Both the position numbers and the translations under genes were made by a program. From positions 6,975 to 70,974 of the forward strand of contig CAYPDP010000002.1 of assembly GCA_964409555.1 (NCBI GenBank): 64,000 bases of DNA, read 5' to 3'. Under the pieces are notes generated by a model that worked only from the letters and a program-made list of their open reading frames with translations, made no database searches and had not been told where the DNA came from. Below, piece after piece: positions 54,769-63,008 of this stretch. Origin of the DNA: Candidatus Woesearchaeota archaeon. GTDB lineage: Archaea > Nanobdellota > Nanobdellia > Pacearchaeales > GW2011-AR1. Position 1 is the first letter of the stretch. Each line of letters opens with the position of its first letter.

Positions 54769-56679
54769 TTAATCATTATTCAAATAAAGTTCATAAATAA
54801 TTTGAAATAAAATAAAAAAACTAATTATTATTTCTAAGTAGAATATTAACCAAGCAAATTTATTTATTATTATTTCAAAAATACTATCTGGAGTGTAAAT
54901 AAAATTTTTAAAAATTGTCTGTTCCTTATTTTCATAATTTAAAGGGTACATAAAATAATTATATTGTTGTTTAAAACTATTTGCTATATCTAAGTCTATA
55001 GACATTTGAGTTTTATATACTAAAAAAGTATAATTTTTTTCTTTATCTTCACTAATTAAAGGATTGAAATATCCTTTTTTAGAAAACTGTTTTTTTGCTT
55101 TAAACACTAAAGGGATTGAATTACTTTTTACGCTTGAAAAAAAAGAATTTGAAAAATTATTTAATTGAGAATTTGAAGCCCACCCACATTCTCCAATTCC
55201 ACATTCTACAATAAACACAGGAACAATTTTCTTATTATTTGATTTTTTATTATATTCCATAAACTTACCATAATTTACTGTTGAGATAAAATATCTATCA
55301 TTAAATAACCATCCTGCAAGAGAGTTATAAATTCTTTCATCATAAATAATTAAAGAATTTTCAGGAATATTATCTAGCTTATAATTAATTAATTTATTTT
55401 CTGGATTTTGTGAAAAGAATAAATCACTTTTCTGAAAAGGAATTGATAAGACTATAAAAAATTGAAATAATATTAATAAAATTAGTAACAATATTAAATT
55501 CTTTTTTAAAAAGGGTTTAAGAGTAAATTTATTTATTAAATATTTAAAAATTTCATAAATTAAATAAGCAATTATTGGAACAGCCATTGCTAAAAAGTTA
55601 AGATAATGTTTTGATAAAGTATTTGAATTAATAATTAAAATGTAAGGTATTAAAAAATATAATGAGAAAAATACTAAATAATCTTTTGCAAATTTATGCT
55701 TATTTCTTTTAATAAACATCCAGATTAATCCCAAAATAGACATACCCCATAAAATAGGAGCACTTATACCTAAAGAATATTTAAATCCCTTTAAAGCTTC
55801 AATAAAAATTTTCTTTAAAGAAACTGAATCTTTACTAAGTTCACCTCCTGAAACCCACCCATATAAATTATTTATTTTTTCTACATTTCCTCCTCCAAAA
55901 AATTTCACAAAAAAGAAAGTTGGAACTCCATTATGTTTAGTGTTGGAATAATTATATACTACTGTTGGAGAAGCTAATAAGAAAATTATTATTAAAATAT
56001 AAATAATTGTTTTATATTCTTTTTTTAAATCAAATCTCTTTGTATAAGCATAATACAAAATAAAACCTAAATAAGGAATTATTAAAATAGGAACATATGC
56101 TTTCCACATAGAAGCTACTCCAAATAATACCCCTGAAAAAATAAGATATTTTTTAGATTTATTATTCAATCCTTTAATTAAATAATAAAAAGTTGTTATT
56201 ATAAAAAATAAAGTTGAAATATCCTGTTCATCAGTTGTATGAAAAATAAATGCTGGTGCAAAAGCGTAAATTAATGCGGAAATTAAAGCAATTTTTTTAT
56301 TTCCTGAAAACTCCTTTACAAATAAATACATCACTATAATTGTTGCGGTTCCAAATAAAAGAGAACTAAATCTTGATGTAAACTGAGTCACTCCAAAAAT
56401 TCTAAAAAATATATCTGTAAAAGCATACCATAAAAAAGAAGACTGCCCCCAAAGAGAAAGTAATCCTGAATTCAAAAAATTTAATGAATTAATCATAAAA
56501 TGAGGAGAATCTCCAGATACTAAACGATTTTTTACATTAATTAATCTAAATAAAAATCCAAAAAAAACTATTAAAAGAAGCCATTTTCTATAATCATTTG
56601 AAAAAATAAAATCTATAATTCTATCAAATATACTGACAACTTGTTTCTTTTTTTCAACACCAATTTTATTCATCATCAA
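54769..56679 (-). CDS. GT-C membrane glycosyltransferase (ArnT/PMT_2-like), second copy
   Basis: 636 aa with a polytopic N-terminal two-thirds and a soluble C-terminal region. It lies adjacent to the ArnC-like GT2. Confidence 0.65.
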   Translation of the reverse strand: MMMNKIGVEKKKQVVSIFDRIIDFIFSNDYRKWLLLIVFFGFLFRLINVKNRLVSGDSPHFMINSLNFLNSGLLSLWGQSSFLWYAFTDIFFRIFGVTQFTSRFSSLLFGTATIIVMYLFVKEFSGNKKIALISALIYAFAPAFIFHTTDEQDISTLFFIITTFYYLIKGLNNKSKKYLIFSGVLFGVASMWKAYVPILIIPYLGFILYYAYTKRFDLKKEYKTIIYILIIIFLLASPTVVYNYSNTKHNGVPTFFFVKFFGGGNVEKINNLYGWVSGGELSKDSVSLKKIFIEALKGFKYSLGISAPILWGMSILGLIWMFIKRNKHKFAKDYLVFFSLYFLIPYILIINSNTLSKHYLNFLAMAVPIIAYLIYEIFKYLINKFTLKPFLKKNLILLLILLILFQFFIVLSIPFQKSDLFFSQNPENKLINYKLDNIPENSLIIYDERIYNSLAGWLFNDRYFISTVNYGKFMEYNKKSNNKKIVPVFIVECGIGECGWASNSQLNNFSNSFFSSVKSNSIPLVFKAKKQFSKKGYFNPLISEDKEKNYTFLVYKTQMSIDLDIANSFKQQYNYFMYPLNYENKEQTIFKNFIYTPDSIFEIIINKFAWLIFYLEIIISFFILFQIIYELYLNND

Positions 56680-57127
56680 TATGTCTCAGTTTTTTAAACT
56701 TTAAAAAATCACGTATTAAAGATAATTTATCAATTCTATTATGACAATTTACCTGCTCAATATAATCTAAAAATAAATGAAAAAGAAATCCTATAAAAAC
56801 ATATAAAAAATATATTGAAAAAAATGATAGAAAAATAAGTAAAAGTAAAATCTCAACACCATGCAAAAAACAAAGTCCAGAATAAAAATTATTTCTTTCT
56901 TTTTTAGATAAAGATAATGATTTTTTATCTAATTTAACAAACCATTTATAAGATTTTTTAAGACTAATATTTTTTTTTCTAAAAACATAATAAAGATAAT
57001 GATCAACATCAATAAAAATACTTGATAGAAAAATAATAAAAAATTCTATAAAACCTATCTGAGGAAAAAATAAAAATAATAAAAAGGAAAATATTGCTCC
57101 AAAAAAGAAATGGCGAAAAGGATACAT
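56666..57127 (-). CDS. small polytopic membrane protein, possibly a DUF457/YdjM-like metal-dependent hydrolase
   Basis: His/Asp positions IDVDHYLY, FLHG and HLFLDY. It overlaps the downstream GT-C start by 14 nt. Confidence 0.4.
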   Translation of the reverse strand: MYPFRHFFFGAIFSFLLFLFFPQIGFIEFFIIFLSSIFIDVDHYLYYVFRKKNISLKKSYKWFVKLDKKSLSLSKKERNNFYSGLCFLHGVEILLLLIFLSFFSIYFLYVFIGFLFHLFLDYIEQVNCHNRIDKLSLIRDFLKFKKLRHIDDE

Positions 57128-57133
57128 TCTATA

Positions 57134-58069
57134 TTAAATTATTTCTTGAAAATATTTAATAGTATCTTCTAATCCTTTTTTAAGAGGAATTTTTGGTTCC
57201 CAATTTAATAATTTTTTTGCTTTAGAAATATCTGGTTTTCTTCTTGTAGGATCATCTATTGGAAGAGTTTTATAAATTATTTCTGATTTTGAATCCAAAA
57301 GTTCTATAATATTTTTTGCTAATTCTAAAATTGTAAACTCAACAGGATTTCCAATATTTGTTGGTGTTCCACAATCTGAATTCATTAAATTATATAATCC
57401 TTTTATTAAATCATCAACATAACAAAAACTTCTTGTTTGATTACCTGAACCATAAACAGTTATTGGTTTATTTTTGATTGCTTGAATAATAAAATTAGAA
57501 ACAACTCTTCCATCGTCCTTATCCATATTCGGGCCATAAGTATTGAAGATACGTGCAATTCTTATTGGAATTCTGAATTTATTCCCATACTCTCTAAAAA
57601 GAGTTTCTGCTACCCTTTTACCTTCATCATAACAAGATCTAGGCCCAAAAGTATTTACATTCCCCCAATAAGATTCTTTTTGAGGATGTTCTAAAGGATT
57701 TCCATAAATTTCAGAAGTAGAAGATTGAAGTATTCTTGCACCATTTAATTTCGCAAATTCTAATACATTAATAACACCTTGAGTATTTGCTTTTATTGTT
57801 TCTATTGGGTCAAACTGATAATGTATTGGTGATGCAGGACAGGCCAAATTGTATATCTGATCCACACTCCCTATTTCCTCAACATTTAAAGGATTAACAA
57901 TATCATGGGGAACCACTTTAAATGCTGGATTTTTTGAAAGTTCAATTATATTTTCTCTTTGCCCTGTAAAAAAATTATCTAAACAAATAACTTCATTATT
58001 TTTCTCTAATAAAAATTTACATAAATGACTTCCTAAGAATCCTGCCCCCCCAGTAATTAATATTTTCAT
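57134..58069 (-). CDS. UDP-glucuronate decarboxylase (UDP-xylose synthase, UXS/ArnA-C-like SDR)
   Basis: [45 protein letters not shown] and [10 protein letters not shown] motifs. Confidence 0.88.
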   Translation of the reverse strand: MKILITGGAGFLGSHLCKFLLEKNNEVICLDNFFTGQRENIIELSKNPAFKVVPHDIVNPLNVEEIGSVDQIYNLACPASPIHYQFDPIETIKANTQGVINVLEFAKLNGARILQSSTSEIYGNPLEHPQKESYWGNVNTFGPRSCYDEGKRVAETLFREYGNKFRIPIRIARIFNTYGPNMDKDDGRVVSNFIIQAIKNKPITVYGSGNQTRSFCYVDDLIKGLYNLMNSDCGTPTNIGNPVEFTILELAKNIIELLDSKSEIIYKTLPIDDPTRRKPDISKAKKLLNWEPKIPLKKGLEDTIKYFQEII

Positions 58070-58117
58070 AATTATTATTAAAATAAAGAGTATTTAAAAA
58101 TTATGTATAAAAAATAT

Positions 58118-59650
58118 TTAATTTTTTTCAATCATTTTTATAATCTCAGCAAATGCTGGCCTGGTTACTAAAACACCAATTGTAATTCCAATTAAAGTTG
58201 TTATAGCAAAACCTTTCAATAATCCTGCTCCTGCCCACATAAGAGGAAATAAAGCAACTAAGGAAGTAAAATAAGCCCCAAGAATAATCTTAAATGCTCT
58301 TTTCATCTTTTGCTTCATTGTTAAAAATTCCTTAGATTTTGACTCATCTAAAACAACTACTAAATCATCTATTCCGGTACCAATTGTAGCAAGTATTCCG
58401 GCAATACTAGGTAAATCTAAATTCCATTCTATGAAAGCTGCAATTCCTAAAATAATTAATATTTCAGAAACAATAATAATTAAAATAGCAATAGAAAATT
58501 TAATACTTCTATATCTTATAAAAATAATTAAAAAAACTGCAAAAATTGCTGATACTGCTGCTAATAAAATAAACTTTGTAAATTCACTTCCAAGAGCAGG
58601 AGAAATAGTATCTAATTTAACAATTTCAAGTTTATATGGGAGACTTCCAGTAATTAAAATAGTTTGTAATTTTTTCATTGATTCTTTCGCATCAGTTAAA
58701 GCATCTTGCTGAGTTTGTCCTGACCCTGAACCAGATATTGAAATTTGAGTTGTAACACTTCCTTTAAGTTCTTTTCCAATAAATAAACTATCAACAAGAT
58801 TATCATCTAAGTATAAATCTAATTTTTCTGAAAGATATTCTGGATTTGTAGAATTCAAACCAAGTTTAGAAGTTATATCTGCATGCCTGTTTGCAGCTTC
58901 TGGGCTTAAAAAAATTGAAAATCTAAATCTACAATTCCACCCTTGACTTCCTTGATTACAAGCTTGAATTACTGAATCCCTTGCATTTCTACTTACAGAT
59001 GCAATATCTCTTTTACCCCCTATAAAAACAGTTTTATTTCCAATTTTTGCTTCAAATTTTCCTTGTTTGGATAAAATATCTTTTAATTTTTTAGGAGTTG
59101 CTCCTGCTAATTCTACAAGCATAAAATGTTCCCCAGATAAATCTGAAACAGGAAGAACTTTTACATCTGAAAGTCCAAACTCATTAAGCCGATTACTAGT
59201 AATATCAACTAAATCCTTTATTTCCGAAGAAGATAAGGTTTTATTTTGTGCTTTAACCAAAGCTCTTGAACCTCCAGATATATCCAAACCAGTTTTAATA
59301 TTTGATTTAGGAATATTAGAAACAGTTATCCTTGGAGATTGATTAGAAAAAATAATTACCTCTAACTTTTTAGTCTTAATTATTGTTTTTACACTTTTAT
59401 TAGAATTATATTTATCTTTCAATGAATTTGAAAAATCTTGTAAATTAGAAATATCTTTCCCATCAATCTTTGTTATTATTTGTCCTTGTTTTAATCCTTG
59501 ATCAAATGCTACTGAATTTCTTTCAACACTTGTTATCAAAACACCTTTTTGAGTAAATGAAATTCCATTTGGAGTTATAACTATTGAAATTATTGAAAAT
59601 AATAAAAATATTATTAAAATCCAAATTTTCCAAGTAAATTTTAATTTCAT
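58118..59650 (-). CDS. secD: protein-export membrane protein SecD
   Basis: GLDISGGSRALVKAQ and a C-terminal 6-TM block. The start overlaps the secF stop by 4 nt. Confidence 0.85.
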   Translation of the reverse strand: MKLKFTWKIWILIIFLLFSIISIVITPNGISFTQKGVLITSVERNSVAFDQGLKQGQIITKIDGKDISNLQDFSNSLKDKYNSNKSVKTIIKTKKLEVIIFSNQSPRITVSNIPKSNIKTGLDISGGSRALVKAQNKTLSSSEIKDLVDITSNRLNEFGLSDVKVLPVSDLSGEHFMLVELAGATPKKLKDILSKQGKFEAKIGNKTVFIGGKRDIASVSRNARDSVIQACNQGSQGWNCRFRFSIFLSPEAANRHADITSKLGLNSTNPEYLSEKLDLYLDDNLVDSLFIGKELKGSVTTQISISGSGSGQTQQDALTDAKESMKKLQTILITGSLPYKLEIVKLDTISPALGSEFTKFILLAAVSAIFAVFLIIFIRYRSIKFSIAILIIIVSEILIILGIAAFIEWNLDLPSIAGILATIGTGIDDLVVVLDESKSKEFLTMKQKMKRAFKIILGAYFTSLVALFPLMWAGAGLLKGFAITTLIGITIGVLVTRPAFAEIIKMIEKN

Positions 59651-60528
59651 TTTTGTTTTCTCTCAACATACCATTTAAGTATTGAAACATTAGTTATCCA
59701 TGTGTTTAATATATCAAATCCTAATCCAATAACTAAAATTGTAAAAATTTGAGATAATACTACTGAAAAAGATTTAACTATTATTAGAGCAAAACCAATA
59801 GCTAATAAAGATGTTAAAGTCATAGTAATTCCAGTTTTAAAAGCTCCAAAAATTCTATTATTTAAAGAACCATTATGTCTTTTTAATATTCTTGTTGTAA
59901 GTAAAATATCAGTATCTACAGAATAACCAATTAACATTAAAAAAGCAACTATTCCTGCAGAAGACATTCTTATTCCTAGAATATCAACTAAAGCCAAAGT
60001 CATAATTATATCTGTAAATGCAGAAATTATAACTGCAAAGCTTGGAACAAAAGTTCTGAATAAAATAAAAACCACAATAGCCATAAAAACGAACGCAACT
60101 AAAATTGCTATTAAAAGTTGTTTGTAAAATCCTTCGCTTAAACTAGAACCAGTAAATTCAAAACTTGCATTTTCTCCATCAATAATTTTATACCCTAAAA
60201 ATTCTTCTAAAACTTTTCTTGTTTGTTCTGAGCTAGTTCGAGTTTCAATGATAATTGCTTTTTGCTCACCAGTTGTTAAATCATAAATTTCTCTTACATT
60301 AAGATCTTCGAGTTTTGGAGAAAGTTTTAATTTTAAATTATCAATATTAACTTTATTAAAAATAGTTATACTTGTTCCCCCAGTTAGAGAAATATCTTTG
60401 TAGGTAAAATCTCCATTTTGCGAATAAAATATTGCTATATAAGCAAAAGAAAATAATAAAATAACTAATGGAATTAAAAGTAATAACTTATAATATTTAT
60501 CGTGAAAATCATTTATTTTTTTTCTCAT
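59647..60528 (-). CDS. secF: protein-export membrane protein SecF
   Basis: 293 aa. LIAILVAFVFMAIVVFILFR and the GYSVDTDILLTTRI motif. Confidence 0.85.
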   Translation of the reverse strand: MRKKINDFHDKYYKLLLLIPLVILLFSFAYIAIFYSQNGDFTYKDISLTGGTSITIFNKVNIDNLKLKLSPKLEDLNVREIYDLTTGEQKAIIIETRTSSEQTRKVLEEFLGYKIIDGENASFEFTGSSLSEGFYKQLLIAILVAFVFMAIVVFILFRTFVPSFAVIISAFTDIIMTLALVDILGIRMSSAGIVAFLMLIGYSVDTDILLTTRILKRHNGSLNNRIFGAFKTGITMTLTSLLAIGFALIIVKSFSVVLSQIFTILVIGLGFDILNTWITNVSILKWYVERKQK

Positions 60529-60557
60529 TTTATTAACTCAATTTAAGTATATTTAAA

Positions 60558-60644
60558 TGCGCGGGCCGGGGTTCGAACCCGGGTCATCTGGTTTCTTCAA
60601 TAAACTTTGGAAGCCAGAGATTCTAACCACTGAACTACCCACGC
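60558..60644 (-). tRNA. tRNA-Gly(UCC) with a 15-nt intron at 37/38
   Basis: Acceptor GCGTGGG/CCCGCGC plus A. D arm GTTC-AGTGGTTA-GAAT. Anticodon stem TCTGG/CCAGA with loop CTTCCA[intron AAGTTTATTGAAGAA, 60593..60607]A. T arm CCGGG-TTCGAAC-CCCGG. Confidence 0.9.
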
Positions 60645-60697
60645 ATCAAATAATTATCTTAATCTTATTTAATAAAGTTTACTATGACCTATTTAAA

Positions 60698-60792
60698 CGC
60701 CCTTGGTAGGATTTGAACCTACGACCCCTTCCTTACCCTCAATTCTTATATTCATAGGAGGGAAGTGCTCTATCCAGCTGAGCTACAAGGGC
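60698..60792 (-). tRNA. tRNA-Arg(CCU) with a 21-nt intron at 37/38
   Basis: Acceptor GCCCTTG/CAAGGGC plus G. D arm GCTC-AGCTGGATA-GAGC. Anticodon stem CTTCC/GGAAG with loop CTCCTA[intron TGAATATAAGAATTGAGGGTA, 60734..60754]A. Intron GAGGG pairs with exon CCCTC. T arm GTAGG-TTCAAAT-CCTAC. Confidence 0.9.
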
Positions 60793-60800
60793 ATTTTTAA

Positions 60801-60902
60801 TAATGCGGGAGAAAGTCCTAAAAATTCTTTTAGAATTTTTGGAACTTCAAAACAAGTATATTTTGAAGTAATTCAAACCCTCTGCTCGTGTTCTAATCCT
60901 AA
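60801..60902 (-). repeat. interrupted, partly diverged second copy of the 3' third of tRNA-Leu
   Basis: 60801..60815 equals 60900..60914 (15/15, taatgcgggagaaag: acceptor 3' strand plus trailer). 60871..60885, attcaaaccctctgc, is a diverged copy of the T-arm attcgaaccctcgc. The two parts are separated by the 55-nt insert. Confidence 0.8.
60816..60870 (+). repeat. double-hairpin insert, copy D
   Basis: Plus strand: TCCTAAAAATTCTTTTAGAATTTTTGGAACTTCAAAACAAGTATATTTTGAAGTA. Hairpins are TAAAAATTCT/AGAATTTTTA and ACTTCAAAA/TTTTGAAGT. The terminal 12 nt ATATTTTGAAGT are identical to copy S. Confidence 0.7.
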
Positions 60903-60986
60903 TGCGGGAGAAAGGATTCGAACCCTCGCAGGCACTAAGCCAACGCGTTTTGAGCGCGTCCCGTTTGACCGCTCCGGCACTCCCGC
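60903..60986 (-). tRNA. tRNA-Leu(CAA), class II, no intron
   Basis: Acceptor GCGGGAG/CTCCCGC plus A. D arm CCG(G)-AGCGGTCAA-(A)CGG. Anticodon arm ACGCG-CTCAAAA-CGCGT. Long variable arm TGGCTTAGTGCCTGC. T arm GAGGG-TTCGAAT-CCTTT, with two G-U pairs. Confidence 0.85.
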
Positions 60987-61045
60987 ATAAGAACACCTAA
61001 CGGTTTTCTTATCAACTTTCCCTTGAATTTAATTTAAGGCTGATA

Positions 61046-61134
61046 AACACCTAACGGTTTTCCTTAGAAATTAAAAATTTCTGGGAATTAGAAAATTCTA
61101 TTTTAAGATTTTTCAAATTTATCAACTTTCCCTT
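61046..61134 (-). repeat. interrupted second copy of the 33-nt 5' flank of tRNA-Leu
   Basis: 61046..61062 equals 60992..61008 (17/17, aacacctaacggttttc). 61119..61134 equals 61009..61024 (16/16, ttatcaactttccctt). The two halves are contiguous in the proximal copy and split by 56 nt in the distal copy. Confidence 0.85.
61063..61118 (+). repeat. double-hairpin insert, copy U
   Basis: Plus strand: CTTAGAAATTAAAAATTTCTGGGAATTAGAAAATTCTATTTTAAGATTTTTCAAAT. The first 24 nt match copy S (minus strand) at 22/24. Confidence 0.75.
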
Positions 61135-61268
61135 AGGCTATCAAAGTTTTATATCATCTTCCCTTTAAAGAAAGAATATTTTATTATAAACTTTTCTTTA
61201 AATTTCAATTAAAGATTATATAAAATAAATTAATAAGTATTTTTAAAATTGTCTATTTTAAAAAAATA

Positions 61269-61988
61269 TTATTTGCTAATTTTTTTAGAAAAATCTTTTA
61301 AATCTTTTTTCAATTCTTCAATAGAATTTAAAAAAATATTTTCAACACTTAATTGTCCAAAACTTTCAAGAGTTATCATTAAATCTCCAGTATTTTTAAC
61401 TTCTATTTCTTTATTATTTCTTTCAGAAACTGCTTCACAAATATCAACAACTTCTTTCTTTTTATTATCTAAAATTATTACTTTATCCCCTTTATCTTTT
61501 GATTCCACATTTTTAAAAACTTTTTTTACTTCTTCAAAAATATTTTTATTCAAAATTATCTCTGAAACATCCCTATAAAACATCAAGCCAGGAGAAAATT
61601 TAGAATGTTCAAACCCTTTACCTAATCTTGCGGTTGCTTTAATATTAAGTTCTTGATTTTTATTTAAAAAAGTAATGGGAATATTTTCATAAACTGGAGC
61701 TGTTTTTCCTGTTAATTCTCCAGATTTAACAAACCCTTCTTTTTTTACTTTAAGATTTAATTCAACTTCTGACTTTTCATTAAAAGATTTATCCATCTTT
61801 AAAGGAATTAATCCAAATCTATGAGCAACAGTCTCATCATATAATGGGGAATCATTTTTTGAAATTTCTATATCATCAATAGCGAGAATTGAAACATGAT
61901 TAAGATATCTTCTTATTGAATTTGCTAAACTTTCAGTTAATTCTGCAGTAAATATTATTTGATTATCTTTTTTTTCTATTAATTTCAT
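61269..61988 (-). CDS. rpoD: DNA-directed RNA polymerase subunit D (Rpo3)
   Basis: LANSIRRYLNHVSILAIDDIEISKNDSPLYDETVAHRFGLIPLK. It follows rps11, as is usual in archaea. Confidence 0.9.
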   Translation of the reverse strand: MKLIEKKDNQIIFTAELTESLANSIRRYLNHVSILAIDDIEISKNDSPLYDETVAHRFGLIPLKMDKSFNEKSEVELNLKVKKEGFVKSGELTGKTAPVYENIPITFLNKNQELNIKATARLGKGFEHSKFSPGLMFYRDVSEIILNKNIFEEVKKVFKNVESKDKGDKVIILDNKKKEVVDICEAVSERNNKEIEVKNTGDLMITLESFGQLSVENIFLNSIEELKKDLKDFSKKISK

Positions 61989-62028
61989 TTTTTATTTGCA
62001 TATTTATTTATTTTTAAATTTATTGTTC

Positions 62029-62466
62029 TTAATTTCTTCTACCCCTACGACCACCTTTTTTCTTTGGTCCTCCACGAGGAGATCTAGTGATATCTAAAAT
62101 ATTTAATATTCTAAATCCTTCTCTTGAAAGACTTTTTATTATTGAATGTGCTCCAGGTCCTGGTGCAGGATTTCCTGTTTTTGACCTTATTCTAACATAT
62201 AAAGATCTTATATTTAAATCTTTTATCTCTTCAATTATTTTTTTTGTTATAAACATTGCGATTGTAGGGTTTGCTTTAAGTCTATCATGTTTTGTAACCA
62301 TTCCCCCAGTAATTCTTGAAATTGTTCTTCCAGACATATCTGTAACATGAACTATAGTATTATTAAAAGATGTATAAATATTAACAACAGCTTCAAATTC
62401 TTTTTTCTTTTTTACTTCTTTTACCTTTTCTTTTTCAATTTTTTTAACTACTTCTATTTGTTCCAT
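62029..62466 (-). CDS. rps11: 30S ribosomal protein S11 (uS11)
   Basis: SFNNTIVHVTDMSGRTISRITGGM and PGPGAHSIIKSL motifs. Confidence 0.95.
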   Translation of the reverse strand: MEQIEVVKKIEKEKVKEVKKKKEFEAVVNIYTSFNNTIVHVTDMSGRTISRITGGMVTKHDRLKANPTIAMFITKKIIEEIKDLNIRSLYVRIRSKTGNPAPGPGAHSIIKSLSREGFRILNILDITRSPRGGPKKKGGRRGRRN

Positions 62467-62468
62467 TT

Positions 62469-63005
62469 TTAAGCTTGAATTTCATTATTTTCCATTTTTA
62501 ATTCTTGAACTGGAGATTCAGGTTTAGAATCTTCTTTTAAAATATCTTTTTTAATCTTCTTCTTAGGTTTTAAAGTTATCTTATCCTCTAAATTAACAGA
62601 AACAACATAGGATGGAGTATTAACAACTTCCCCATTAATTAATACTTTCTTGTGAGTTATTAATTGTCTTGCTTCTTTCACAGTATTAGATAATTTTTTT
62701 GCTAACAAAATTGTTTGTAATCTTCTTTTCAAATAATCTTTCTTATCTAAAGATAAAACATCAGCTATTGAATTCACATTAAGTCCTATTTTTTTTAATC
62801 TATTAAATAATGCCTCTTGCTCTTCTGTATTTGCAGAAATAAGTGTTTTTGCTTTATTTCTTATAGACTTAATTTTTTCATCTGCTTTCCAAATTTCTTT
62901 TTTATTTTTAAGCCCAAATTCTTCTTTTATTTTTTCTTCTTCAATAATTCTTTCCTTATCAAAAGGTCTTTTTGGTCTTGAATATGTTTTGTGCTTTCTC
63001 TTCAT
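62469..63005 (-). CDS. rps4: 30S ribosomal protein S4 (uS4)
   Basis: KRKHKTYSRPKRPFDKERI N-terminus and S4 domain QLITHKKVLINGEVVNTPSY. Confidence 0.94.
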   Translation of the reverse strand: MKRKHKTYSRPKRPFDKERIIEEEKIKEEFGLKNKKEIWKADEKIKSIRNKAKTLISANTEEQEALFNRLKKIGLNVNSIADVLSLDKKDYLKRRLQTILLAKKLSNTVKEARQLITHKKVLINGEVVNTPSYVVSVNLEDKITLKPKKKIKKDILKEDSKPESPVQELKMENNEIQA

Positions 63006-63008
63006 TTT

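Noticed and set aside
60703-60990. 95-aa plus-strand ORF (MVGFEPTTPSLPS...)
   Set aside because: It lies entirely across the antisense of tRNA-Arg, insert copy D and tRNA-Leu. GC-rich tRNA sequence in an AT-rich genome simply lacks stop codons.
60992-61165. CRISPR-like or tandem-repeat array upstream of tRNA-Leu
   Set aside because: There are only two exact copies plus one degenerate copy, with unequal spacing. The spacer is the hairpin element itself. There are no cas genes in the window.
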